The notes beneath the pieces were generated by a model. The model ran no database searches. It saw only the letters and a list, made by a program, of their open reading frames with translations, and was not told the DNA's origin. Shown here piece by piece: positions 1-9,194 of a stretch of DNA of 64,000 nt. The position numbers were made by a program, and so were the translations under genes. The DNA is from Pseudohongiellaceae bacterium (GTDB lineage Bacteria > Pseudomonadota > Gammaproteobacteria > Pseudomonadales > Pseudohongiellaceae): NCBI GenBank assembly GCA_047617605.1, contig JBLGBJ010000008.1, positions 17,866-81,865 on the forward strand, in the 5' to 3' direction. How positions within the stretch are numbered: the first letter of the stretch is position 1; each line of letters begins with the position of its first letter.

Positions 1-125
1 TGCAGGAGCCAGTAGCCTGACTCCTTTGTCTGGTTAGCAACCAAGAGCTGTTGCAGCTCGTCCTCCGATATAAAAAATTCTGAAGAAGGGTTTCCAAACA
101 TTCCAATCCTTGTTTGAACGCTCAT
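1..125 (-). CDS. hypothetical protein, 5' end only (continues beyond window start)
   Basis: ATG at 125-123 opens a minus-strand frame (MSVQTRIGMFGNPSSEFFISEDELQQLLVANQTKESGYWLL...) that stays open to position 1. It lies 55 nt downstream of the alkaline phosphatase stop. No recognisable motif. Confidence 0.25.
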   Translation of the reverse strand, partial: MSVQTRIGMFGNPSSEFFISEDELQQLLVANQTKESGYWLL

Positions 126-179
126 AGCTCTTCTTCAGGAGAGTTTTTCAACCTGCCCGCCGAAGGGTTTTGGCTTGAT

Positions 180-1775
180 TTAACGGGATTCAAGTTGGCT
201 GGCTTCCATCATGATATGAAAAATAACATGTTGTTCCATAACCCCTCTTACTAAATCTGCTCCTGCGCCAATGGCAAAAATAGCAACGTCTTCACCTCCA
301 TGGGTCTCACTCGCCATGGGGACCACTGTTTCGGAATGATAGCCTTTTGCGGTTGTATCAACGTTGGTTAAATCTACTCTGCCGCTGATGTGTATGTCTT
401 CTTCATAAACATCGTCAGCTGAGCCGCTGTCCTCAATCAAGTGAAATCCTGGACCATTGTTGTAACCTAAAGTTGTGTAGGGCAGGCCATCTTCGGCGAG
501 ACTTAGATCTGTCCTTGTTTCACCGGCACTATCAACTCCTACCACCTTGCCTAAAATAGGATTGCCTCGAGCTGGATAGCCAGCGATTGTAAAGACATGA
601 CTATGGTCCGCGGTGACTATGATTAACGTTTCGCTCAAATCAACCATCTCGACAGCAGTTCTTACTGCCTCAGCGAGCTCGATAGTATCCATGAGGGCTC
701 GATTCGGGTTGGCTGCGTGATGGGCATGATCGATACGTCCTGCTTCGACATTCAAGTAGTATCCTTTGGGATTCTTATCAAGCACTTGGATTGCTTTTGC
801 AGTCATCTCACTAAGGCTAGGTTCGCCTGCAGCATCGTTAAGACGATCCACTGTATATTCCATATGTGATGGATCAAACAAGCCTAACAAATGATCAGTA
901 GTTGCTGGATCGATGTCATTAAACTGCTGTCGGTTCCATACATAAGCTGCATTATCATGGCTATTAATCCATTCCTGGCTCAGATCGCGCCCGTCTAGGC
1001 GCTCGCCCTGGCCATTGGTTTCTGGATCGACGCCGCCTGTTCTAGGGAGAAAACTGCGACGTCCTCCGCCCAATGCTACCTCTATGCCATCGGAATTTTC
1101 TACGTTGTTAGAGAACTCAACTAGCTGCCGAGCAATATCTGCACAATCCCCCGCATTGGATAACCCGCTGGCATCACGGTCATCTTCAAAATTTCTGTCC
1201 ATTGAATGGGCATAATTTGCAGCAGGCGTAGCGTGGGTTAAGCGAGCAGTAGAGACTACGCCGGTAGCAAGCCCGCGCATTTCCGCCCGCTCAAGAAAAG
1301 TAAGAGTCTCGTTGCCAGAAACAGAATCACAGTCACCACGAACCACATTCTGATTGACGCTGATTAGGCCGACGTCGGTTTTAATGCCGCTAGCCATCGC
1401 TGACATGGTGCCAGCAGAATCGGGAACTTGACCGTTAGTGTTATAGGTTTTTGATAGGGCTACATTTGGGAAGCTTTCAAAATACAGCTCGTTTTCCTCG
1501 CCGCTTTCGCCACGAAGTTGCCCTTCGAGGATTCGAGCAGCTGTAATTGTTGAGATTCCCATTCCATCACCAACGAATAAAATGACGTTCTTAGCAACCG
1601 CATCAACCGGGATCTGGTTACGTAGGGCTAGATTGCGGCGAACTGTAGCTTGGCCCTCCTGATACCAAGACTCTGGGGTCTCCTGAGCAGTGGTCGTTGG
1701 TAAACTGCACGCGGAGCTCAGGATGATGAGGCTAAGGAGGCTGGATGTAGGAAAGTATTTAGCGCGTTTATTCAT
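180..1775 (-). CDS. phoA: alkaline phosphatase (PhoA family), exported, probable lipoprotein
   Basis: 531 aa ORF. Signal/lipobox LSSACS. Motifs FVGDGMG and the active-site Ser region VPDSAGTMSAMASGIKT, plus metal-ligand region DHAHH and TADHSH, all typical of the alkaline phosphatase family. Confidence 0.9.
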   Translation of the reverse strand: MNKRAKYFPTSSLLSLIILSSACSLPTTTAQETPESWYQEGQATVRRNLALRNQIPVDAVAKNVILFVGDGMGISTITAARILEGQLRGESGEENELYFESFPNVALSKTYNTNGQVPDSAGTMSAMASGIKTDVGLISVNQNVVRGDCDSVSGNETLTFLERAEMRGLATGVVSTARLTHATPAANYAHSMDRNFEDDRDASGLSNAGDCADIARQLVEFSNNVENSDGIEVALGGGRRSFLPRTGGVDPETNGQGERLDGRDLSQEWINSHDNAAYVWNRQQFNDIDPATTDHLLGLFDPSHMEYTVDRLNDAAGEPSLSEMTAKAIQVLDKNPKGYYLNVEAGRIDHAHHAANPNRALMDTIELAEAVRTAVEMVDLSETLIIVTADHSHVFTIAGYPARGNPILGKVVGVDSAGETRTDLSLAEDGLPYTTLGYNNGPGFHLIEDSGSADDVYEEDIHISGRVDLTNVDTTAKGYHSETVVPMASETHGGEDVAIFAIGAGADLVRGVMEQHVIFHIMMEASQLESR

Positions 1776-1790
1776 TGTCTATGACCCAAA

Positions 1791-1831
1791 TGTGATTTAG
1801 TAATGACATGTTATGGCAATTAGTTTACAGG
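1791..1831 (-). promoter_or_regulatory. Pho-box-like array upstream of the alkaline phosphatase gene
   Basis: Minus strand reads CTGTAAA-CTAA-TTGCCAT-AACA-TGTCATT-ACTA-AATCACA. These are 7-nt half-sites phased about every 11 nt and resemble the E. coli CTGTCAT-N4-CTGTCAT PhoB site. They lie 16-56 nt upstream of the ATG. Confidence 0.4.
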
Positions 1832-2003
1832 AAAATGAAAATAAGGACGCTTTGGAGTTTAGTGCTTTAACACCGAGCTACTGCAACCGAATCATGTTTA
1901 TAATTAGGCTCATAAGCACTTACAACTCATTTATGAGACAGGTTGGGCGTGATAGAGTTAGTCTCTGGCTCGAACCGAGCGATAAATTGTCGTTGAAATT
2001 GAT

Positions 2004-2243
2004 ATGAATACTAGAATTACCTACTGCACTTCTTGAAACTACAAGCCAGAAGCAGATCGTGTATCTGCTGAGATTGAGTCGATTACTGGAGTTTCAGCAC
2101 AGCTTGAAGCGGGCTCGGGAGGTGTTTTTAACGTCTTTTTTGGCGACGACTTAGTTTTTTCAAAATCTGAATTCCAGCGCTTTCCGCACCGCGGGGAAAT
2201 TGCAGCTAAGATTAAGCCTTTACTCGAGCACCCAAAACACTAA
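2004..2243 (+). CDS. selW: SelW/Rdx-family selenoprotein, in-frame TGA (2034-2036) read as selenocysteine
   Basis: ATG 2004, TGA 2034-2036, TAA 2241-2243, all in one frame. Translation: MNTRITYCTS-U-NYKPEADRVSAEIESITGVSAQLEAGSGGVFNVFFGDDLVFSKSEFQRFPHRGEIAAKIKPLLEHPKH. CxxU sits in the position of the Rdx CxxC/CxxU redox motif. The GSGG.F.V..G..VFSK....RFP pattern resembles bacterial SelW-like proteins. A hairpin follows the TGA. Confidence 0.75.
2051..2069 (+). promoter_or_regulatory. SECIS-like recoding hairpin
   Basis: Perfect 7-bp stem AGCAGAT (2051-2057) / ATCTGCT (2063-2069) with a 5-nt loop CGTGT. The stem starts 14 nt after the TGA and the loop 21 nt after it, and the loop contains G and U. 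Confidence 0.6.
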
Positions 2244-2302
2244 ATAATTACCATTTTGAGCAAGCTCGTAAAACTTAATTACTTTATCTAGCAGGAAGAC
2301 TC

Positions 2303-2983
2303 TTGGCTGCACGTATTATCGCTATTACTGGTGCCTCAGGGTCTGGGAAAACATACCTTACCAACGGCTTATTTGAATCTCTGCAAAGCCGTGCCACAAA
2401 CTTGGCGGTTATTCGGGAGGAGTCTTATTACCGAGATCAATCTCACCTGCCAATGCAAGAGAGGCTGGGCGTTAATTACGATCACCCAGATAGCTTAGAG
2501 CATGAACTATTAGTAGAGCATCTGCGAAAACTTAAAGCTGGTCAGGCAGTTGAAGTTCCGGAGTATGATTATGTAGTTCACAATCGAAAGTGCGAGACGA
2601 GCACGGTTTCTTCAGGGCAGATAATTTTGGTAGAAGGTATTTTACTGCTCAGCAATCCTCTGCTTCGAGCGCAGTTTGACGCCACATTGTTTGTAGATAC
2701 TCCTCTGGATGTCTGTTTCGCCAGGCGTCTAGCCCGTGATACGGTCGAGAGAGGCCGCACCGAAGAATCTGTGGTGGCCCAATTCGAGACCACAGTAAAA
2801 CCAATGTTTCATCGATTCATAGAGCCAAATAAATGCCATGCCAAACTTCTAATCAGTGGTGAGAAGGCGCGCAGCGCGATGTTAGCAGAGCTGTCAGTGC
2901 ATCTAGAACCTTTGATCAATGAATTCTCATTGGCCTGCGCCTCTCGGCCACCAGATTCATTCCCTCCAGAGGCTCATTCATGA
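2303..2983 (+). CDS. udk: uridine kinase
   Basis: 226 aa. P-loop [10 protein letters not shown] near the N-terminus and NYDHPDS, VEGILL motifs typical of uridine/cytidine kinase. TTG start with AGGAAG 4 nt upstream. Its stop overlaps the nupC-like ATG (ATGA). Confidence 0.9.
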   Translation: MAARIIAITGASGSGKTYLTNGLFESLQSRATNLAVIREESYYRDQSHLPMQERLGVNYDHPDSLEHELLVEHLRKLKAGQAVEVPEYDYVVHNRKCETSTVSSGQIILVEGILLLSNPLLRAQFDATLFVDTPLDVCFARRLARDTVERGRTEESVVAQFETTVKPMFHRFIEPNKCHAKLLISGEKARSAMLAELSVHLEPLINEFSLACASRPPDSFPPEAHS

Positions 2984-4200
2984 GTGCGCTTATTTGTTTA
3001 CTTGGCATTGCCGTAATCTTTGGGATTGGCTATGCCACCTCAGTCCATCGAGCGAGTGTGAATTGGCGCACTGTCGGGTTCGCCTTATTGTTGCAATTCG
3101 GCTTAGGAGGAATAGCGCTTTACCTTCCTTGGGGGGTCACCCTGTTGCAAGCAGTGTCCACTGGTGTGTCCGCGGTGTTGACTAATGCTCAAGACGGAAT
3201 TGAATTTGTTTTCGGCAGCATAGGCTCGTTCGAGCTTGGGTTTATCTTTGCCTTTCATGTTTTGCCGGTTATTGTATTTTTCTCCTCTTTAGTTGCGGTA
3301 CTTTACCATCTTGGAATTATGGGATGGTTAATCAAAGTTATTGGAGGCGCTTTACAAAAACTGCTAAAAACAAGTAAAGCTGAGTCGATGTCTGCAACTG
3401 CGAACATATTTGTTGGGCAAACTGAAGCGCCGCTAATTGTTCGACCTTATATTGCTACTATGACTCGGTCTGAACTTTTTGCAATTATGGTAGGTGGGAT
3501 GGCCACCGTTGCAGGGTCTGTGTTGGCAGGCTATGCCCTATTGGGTGTAGAAATTCACTATTTGCTGGCAGCCAGTTTTATGGCTGCCCCCGGCGGATTC
3601 CTAATGGCAAAACTGATGCTGCCGGAAACCGAGGAGATCGCTAATGAAACCGGTGAAATCGAACTGGAATTTGAAGAGCATGTAAATGTCATAGACGCGG
3701 CCGCTGCAGGTGCTAGCAGTGGGATGACTCTGGCAATCAATGTTGGAGCTATGATTTTGGCGTTCGTGGGCTTAATCGCCTTACTTAATGCGATGCTCGC
3801 ATGGGGTGGTGCGCTAGTGGGTTTTGATGAGCTCTCGCTGGAGCTGGTGCTTGGTTTTTGCTTTCGGCCGCTTGCGTTTCTATTGGGAGTTCCCTGGGGT
3901 GAAACCCAAATAGCTGGCAGTCTTATTGGGCAAAAGCTAGTTTTTAATGAGTTCGTGGCGTTCGTAGCTTTTACCAACCAGATGGAAGTTCTGAGTGACC
4001 ATACTCAAGCTGTAGTCACCTTTGCGCTTTGTGGGTTCGCCAATTTTTCTTCTATTGGCATCATGTTAGGTGGATTGGGGGTAATGGCACCGAATCGCCG
4101 ATCGGATATTGCGGAATTGGGATTGCGTGCGGTCTTCGCTGGATTCATGGCGAATCTAATGAGCGCAGCGATTGCTGGGTTCTTCATTTCATTGACTTGA
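2980..4200 (+). CDS. nupC: concentrative nucleoside transporter (NupC/CNT family)
   Basis: 406 aa polytopic membrane protein. The conserved [14 protein letters not shown] and GFANFSSIG regions are characteristic of NupC-family transporters. Confidence 0.9.
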   Translation: MSALICLLGIAVIFGIGYATSVHRASVNWRTVGFALLLQFGLGGIALYLPWGVTLLQAVSTGVSAVLTNAQDGIEFVFGSIGSFELGFIFAFHVLPVIVFFSSLVAVLYHLGIMGWLIKVIGGALQKLLKTSKAESMSATANIFVGQTEAPLIVRPYIATMTRSELFAIMVGGMATVAGSVLAGYALLGVEIHYLLAASFMAAPGGFLMAKLMLPETEEIANETGEIELEFEEHVNVIDAAAAGASSGMTLAINVGAMILAFVGLIALLNAMLAWGGALVGFDELSLELVLGFCFRPLAFLLGVPWGETQIAGSLIGQKLVFNEFVAFVAFTNQMEVLSDHTQAVVTFALCGFANFSSIGIMLGGLGVMAPNRRSDIAELGLRAVFAGFMANLMSAAIAGFFISLT

Positions 4201-4285
4201 AGGGGATTTAGATTATGAGGATGGCTTTCAAAACTTGGTCGTGATCTCTTCTTACTACTCTCTGCTTTTTTCTTACCCCTGCTCA

Positions 4286-5221
4286 TTACCTTTTTACTAA
4301 ACCTATTTCCTCTAGCCGCTGCTGTAAAAATTCTCCAGCTGTAATAGGAGGGTATTTGGCGCCATTTTGACCCAAGCACTGTGGCAGGCAGCTAAGGTCT
4401 GCTTTGCTATGTGGGTGCAGAAAGAATGGCATAGAATACCGAGACTTATCTTGTTTATGAGGGTTGACCACTCGATGGACAGTTGACGGTAACAACTCGT
4501 TGGTAAGCCGTGACATCATGTCGCCGGTATCTAGTACTATCTCATTAGGGCCGCTTTCTACAGCAAGCCACTTGCCATCATTATCTAATAATTCCAGCCC
4601 TGAATCAGTGGCGCCCAAAAGCAATGTGAGCAAATTAATGTCTGCATGAGGCGCTGCCCGCATAGCACGTCCAGTGTCCAAGCCTTCCACTTTGGGATAA
4701 TGTAACAATCGGTAAATTGAATTGCCATCGCTGACCATTTCATCGAAAAATGTTCTTTTCAAACCGAGCGCATCGCCTACAACTTCTAATAAAGTTTTAC
4801 TCAGGTTTTCTAACTCCCTGTACATTCCGCCAAGAACAGGTTCGAATTCTGGCAGCTCTTTTGGCCAGACATTTTCGGCGTATGTGCCGATGTATTGGCT
4901 AGTTGAACTAAGTGTTTGGCCAACATGCCAAAATTCTTTTAGATCTGCATGCGGATTGCCTGCCGCGTTCTCTCGCCCAAATGCTGTGTACCCTCTTGCG
5001 CCGCCACTGCCGCTGTCGTACTGAAGTTTCGTTTCAACAGGCAGTTCAAATAGCCGCTGGACTAAGGAATAGGTTTTAGCCATTTCTTCCGGCGATATAC
5101 CGTGATCGCGAATAACGACGAATCCGTATTCCTTGAGGCCTTCAAACAATTCGCGAGTGAACGTCTCTCGATCTGCTTCTAGGTCCAGTAGGCTTAAATT
5201 TTTTATTGCGTCGGACGTCAT
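4286..5221 (-). CDS. 2-oxoglutarate/Fe(II)-dependent oxygenase (isopenicillin N synthase-like family)
   Basis: 311 aa. HxD...H facial triad candidates (PHADINLLTLL ... STVHRV), an N-terminal non-haem dioxygenase-like region, and an RxS-type motif (SRYSMPFF). Its ATG overlaps the cdd stop by 1 nt (TAATG). Confidence 0.8.
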   Translation of the reverse strand: MTSDAIKNLSLLDLEADRETFTRELFEGLKEYGFVVIRDHGISPEEMAKTYSLVQRLFELPVETKLQYDSGSGGARGYTAFGRENAAGNPHADLKEFWHVGQTLSSTSQYIGTYAENVWPKELPEFEPVLGGMYRELENLSKTLLEVVGDALGLKRTFFDEMVSDGNSIYRLLHYPKVEGLDTGRAMRAAPHADINLLTLLLGATDSGLELLDNDGKWLAVESGPNEIVLDTGDMMSRLTNELLPSTVHRVVNPHKQDKSRYSMPFFLHPHSKADLSCLPQCLGQNGAKYPPITAGEFLQQRLEEIGLVKR

Positions 5222-5610
5222 TAGCTTAAGTGCTGCTCTTGGTTAAATGAATGCGGCAGTAGATCGTCAATTGTCGATTCTGTCCGCTTTTCTGAATCAC
5301 ACACAGACAGTACCGTGGCATGAGATGCAAATTCTCGAATAACTTGGCGGCATGCGCCACAGGGCGGTGTGGGAGTCTCGGTTGGTGTGTAGATGACTAC
5401 CGCTGTAATCGATTTAGCGCCTTTTGCTACGGCGGAGCAAATAGCATTCCGTTCTGCGCATTGAGTCATTCCAAAGGAGACATTCTCTACGTTGACACCA
5501 ATATGAACGTTACCCGCCTCGTCTAAAACTGCAGCTGCAACTCTGAATTGGCTGTAGGGGGCATAGCAGTGCTGTATTGCGCCTTTGGCTTGTTTGATTA
5601 GATCCTGCAT
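5221..5610 (-). CDS. cdd: cytidine deaminase (small tetrameric type)
   Basis: CAERNAI zinc/catalytic motif and PCGACRQ second zinc motif. The track ORF runs to 5685, but the ATG at 5610 (MQDLIKQAK...) gives the usual length of about 129 aa. The start is uncertain. Confidence 0.85.
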   Translation of the reverse strand: MQDLIKQAKGAIQHCYAPYSQFRVAAAVLDEAGNVHIGVNVENVSFGMTQCAERNAICSAVAKGAKSITAVVIYTPTETPTPPCGACRQVIREFASHATVLSVCDSEKRTESTIDDLLPHSFNQEQHLS

Positions 5611-5689
5611 ACTCGTATTTTGCCTAATCGAGACCATGATTGCCATGCTATATGGCATTTTCTTGCAAAGATGGGATGGGAACAATACC

Positions 5690-7479
5690 TCAAACTAAGA
5701 GGAAAGGTTTTTCCCCCTGCAGACTGTAGTTTATTTCTGATACTAGCTCTTCGTAGCGGAATGGTTTTGACACAAAGCCATTCATGCCGGCATTTGAACG
5801 GTCCGTTTTGGCGAAATTTGCTGACATGGCTATGACCGGAATATTGGCGTTTCTTATAGCGCTCGCTCTTATCGTCTGTGTTGCCGTAAGTCCATCCATC
5901 TCGGGCATTTGAATATCCATGAGAATCAGGTCGAGGTCGTTATTACTAGCGTATTCAACGGCTTCAGTGCCATTTGTAACGGCGACTACATTGTGGTCGT
6001 CTTTTTCTAGGATCTTTGCCAAAACTATTCTATTAACCGCATTGTCATCGACCACATGAATATCTAACTTAGGCAATAGAAAAGTGGCCTCATGATGTTC
6101 ATGTTTCTCGTTCGCGGCTGCTTCGGTCAGTGGTAGATAGAGTGTAAAACATGTCCCTTTTCCTAACTCAGATTCGAATGAAATGTCCCCGGCCATTGCA
6201 TCGCTCAATCTTTTAACAATGGCTAAGCCAAGTCCAGAGCCACCATATTTTCGAGTGGTACCTGCATCGGCTTGGGCATAGGGTTCGAAGAGCGTAGCCT
6301 GTGTTCCGGCGGGTATTCCTATTCCTGTATCTAGCACTTCAACTTTCAACTGCTTGAACTCTTGGCTTAGAGATACCGAAACAGAGCCTTCTTGAGTTAA
6401 TTTAACGGCATTGCCAATCAGATTAATTAGAATTTGCCGTAACCGGGATTGGTCCCCCTGATAGTTTCAGGCAATTGATCCGCCACTTTGTAACTAATGT
6501 TCAGTTTTTTAGAATAGGACTTAAATACAAAAGGAGAAAATGTTTGGTCAATGAACCTTTTTAAGTTAAATAGCCGGCTTTATAGAATCACTTTGCCTGA
6601 TTCTATAGACGAGATGTCCAAAATATTATTAATGAGTTCTAGTAGAGTTTCACTGGTCTGAACTATGACATTTTTGAAAGTTTGCCGCTGGTCTGGGTCG
6701 GTTGCCTTATTCAGTATTCGGGAAGCGCCAATGATACCGTTTATGGGCGTTCTAAGCTCATGACTCATACTTACAAGAAATACGGTCTTTGCTTTTTCTG
6801 AGTCTACGGCTGTCTTTTCGGCTAATCGCCGAATCGTAATTTCTTCTCGAAGCGAAGAGACCGTATTCTGAAGGTTTCTTTGTGCAACGGATTGAGAGCG
6901 CTTAAATAAAGTTGTGGCGGCCGTAAGAACCAGTACTATAATGCTCGCGTCACTCGCAAAGATAAAGCCGCTATTGGTATTCCTAGCCTGATTCACTAAG
7001 TTAGTTAAGCTATATTGAATTGTTAGGATGTTGTTGGCTTCCAAAAGCCAAACGCTAAGTAAGGTCACAATGCAGATCAGGCACCAATACCAGCCAGTCC
7101 GTGTACCTGATAATAAAATCGACATTGGTGCAATTGGGAACAACCAAAAAATATGAGTTCCAATCAAACCGTAAAGCGCAAGTAAGCGAACAATAACAAG
7201 CCAGTAAACTAATAGGGTAAAATTTGCAGCCCAGAATCTCTGATTAAAAAAGGCCTGCGCCTATACGCCGAGATTGATTACGCTTAGTCCCGCGGCAATA
7301 AATACATTCTCAGACGGAGAACCAAGCTGCCAATTTAACAGCATCATGAAGCATGCAATCGGATTTAGAATTAAAACAGAGACTGAGAAGGCGCGCCTTT
7401 TTCTAAGCTCGGCTGGCTCGGCATCAAAAGGATCGAGTCCGCCATCTTACAAAAATAGGATATGTTTTTTAAAACGCAC
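5690..7479 (-). pseudogene. hybrid sensor histidine kinase/response regulator, disrupted paralog of the gene at 41694-43469
   Basis: Track fragments 6580-7167 (membrane region plus HisKA, SHELRTP) and 5690-6349 (HATPase_c GGSGLGLAIV plus receiver domain) are parts of one gene. It is colinear with the intact paralog from a GTG at 7479. In-frame stops occur at 7447-7449 (TAA), 7261-7263 (TAG) and 6580-6582 (TAA). A 1-nt frameshift lies at the C5 run 6463-6467, inside the conserved D..RLRQILINLIGNAVK N-box region. Confidence 0.85.
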
Positions 7480-7641
7480 GGATAGTCTACTGAAAGAATG
7501 GCATAGCAAAAGTGGAGTTCAAATGTAAGAAAATTTCCTACAAGGTTAAGGGACGGGCCTTTGTGGTAGCTTTTCGGGCTCAATATGGCTCCTGTCTTTT
7601 TTTCATAAGGCATTGATACAACTAGAGATGATTTTACATAG

Positions 7642-8634
7642 ATGAATAAACTAATTTTAGCGAGTTTGGGATTTGCAATTATAGCCAGTCTTGCCAGCTG
7701 CGCGCCGGCGCCAATTGAGGAGTCGACAAATCAACAAGTTCAGGGCAAGGGTGAGGGTAAGGATAACTGGTGGGATTCACTGCCAAGAGCGCAGTGGTCG
7801 CCTTTTGAAAGAATTGCAGTGCAGCAAAATCAAGATTGGTTTCAAGTTTATCGAATTAGAGAGGGGGTTTATGGCATTTATGAAGATGGCCAGTTTGAGG
7901 AGGTTATTTCTTACCTCATCACCGGCAGTGAAAATGCTTTGCTTTTCGATACAGGCATTGGCGTTGGCGATATTTTAGCAATCGTAAAGCAGTTAACCGG
8001 TTTGCCCGTGTCAGTTCTTAACTCTCATACTCACTATGATCACGTAGGGGGGAACTACTTGTTTGAAAAGCTTTACGGCGTTGCCTCCGCTTTTACTGTG
8101 GATCACATGAGCGGCAGAACTAATGACGAGGTAAAAGAATTTATCGGCCCGGGCTGGACCTGGAAATCGCTACCCGATAGCACTACTGTGGATAATTATT
8201 CCAGTGCAGCTTTTTCTATTACTGACTATGTGACCGACGGCTATGAGATAGATCTAGGCGGCCGTGTGTTGGAAGTTATTTTAGTCCCGGGACACACCCC
8301 TGATTCGCTGGTGCTACTAGATCGAAAAAATCGATTGATGTTTATGGGGGATACTTTTTATCCGTCATCTTTGTATGCGCACATGGATGACAGTGATTTC
8401 TTTGATTACGCGAAATCGGCTGAGAAATTAGCGGGCTTTAGAAATGATGTCGATTATTTGCTGCCAGCGCACAATGAACCGCTAGTTGCTGGATATTACC
8501 TAACAGCAATGCGTGATGCGTTCAATGCGATACAGGCGCCAAATGCTCCATTTAGATTGGTCGGCGGTGATCGGGAATATCCATTTGACGGGTTTAGTAT
8601 TATGGTAAGCGAGCCGCCACCTTGGGGTTTATAG
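7642..8634 (+). CDS. MBL-fold metallo-hydrolase, lipoprotein
   Basis: 330 aa. Lipobox LASC. HxHxDH motif (NSHTHYDHVGG) and a downstream GHTPDS histidine, characteristic of the metallo-beta-lactamase fold. Confidence 0.8.
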   Translation: MNKLILASLGFAIIASLASCAPAPIEESTNQQVQGKGEGKDNWWDSLPRAQWSPFERIAVQQNQDWFQVYRIREGVYGIYEDGQFEEVISYLITGSENALLFDTGIGVGDILAIVKQLTGLPVSVLNSHTHYDHVGGNYLFEKLYGVASAFTVDHMSGRTNDEVKEFIGPGWTWKSLPDSTTVDNYSSAAFSITDYVTDGYEIDLGGRVLEVILVPGHTPDSLVLLDRKNRLMFMGDTFYPSSLYAHMDDSDFFDYAKSAEKLAGFRNDVDYLLPAHNEPLVAGYYLTAMRDAFNAIQAPNAPFRLVGGDREYPFDGFSIMVSEPPPWGL

Positions 8635-8657
8635 GTGCCGACCCAAAACTGAGGAAG

Positions 8658-9194
8658 CTAGTGAAGGTGGCTTAAATCTACAAAGCCGTCTTTGTTAGGC
8701 ATTTGAATTTGTGTTAAAGACTCTTTGTTCAAAATAGTCTTTTCTTCGATGATATTATTGAGAAATAATACGTAGGCTGTGACTTGATAGACTTCCTCGT
8801 TGCTCAATGATTTTGGAGCATTTGCGGGCATAGCGCGGCGAATAAAGTCAAACACCGTGCTGGCATGAGGCCAGTAGCTGCCGACAGTGCGCAGCGGGCT
8901 GCTCTCAGAGTGCATGTCTCCGCCTACCAGTCTTGTATTACCGGAAACGCCTTCACCATTTGCGGCGTGGCACGCAGCGCACTTAAGTTCGAACACCGCC
9001 TTTCCAGTCTTTGCTGTGCCGCTGCCAGGCGGAAGGCCGCTTCCATCTGGGCCTGCTACCAAGTCGAAGTCAATAAGCTGAGATTCACTAATTGCTTGGC
9101 CTAACTTCACAGTCTGAGCTTGGCTGTTAGACAGTAAAAGGAATACTGCACTGACTAACAAAAAAACAAATTTAAAAGCTTTAGGCATATACAT
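8658..9194 (-). CDS. monohaem c-type cytochrome subunit of sulfite dehydrogenase (SorB/SoxD-like)
   Basis: 178 aa. Signal peptide and a single CAACH haem-binding motif. Its start overlaps the 3' end of the upstream molybdopterin subunit gene. Confidence 0.75.
   Translation of the reverse strand: MYMPKAFKFVFLLVSAVFLLLSNSQAQTVKLGQAISESQLIDFDLVAGPDGSGLPPGSGTAKTGKAVFELKCAACHAANGEGVSGNTRLVGGDMHSESSPLRTVGSYWPHASTVFDFIRRAMPANAPKSLSNEEVYQVTAYVLFLNNIIEEKTILNKESLTQIQMPNKDGFVDLSHLH

Noticed and set aside
1813-2007. 64-aa plus-strand ORF in the track (MAISLQENENKDALEF...)
   Set aside because: It has no SD and no recognisable motif. It overlaps the Pho-box/promoter region of the alkaline phosphatase gene and ends inside the start codon of the SelW-like gene. 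The selenoprotein reading explains this interval better.
3558-3977. Antisense or out-of-frame shadow ORFs inside long genes. Examples: 3558-3977, 4722-5024, 10029-10370, 21367-21705, 35708-36097, 38557-38937, 40637-41119, 45212-45625, 53095-53421, 56613-56993.
   Set aside because: Each lies entirely within a well-supported gene on the other strand or in another frame. They have low-complexity or Ser/Arg/Pro-rich composition and no motifs, which is typical of frame shadows.
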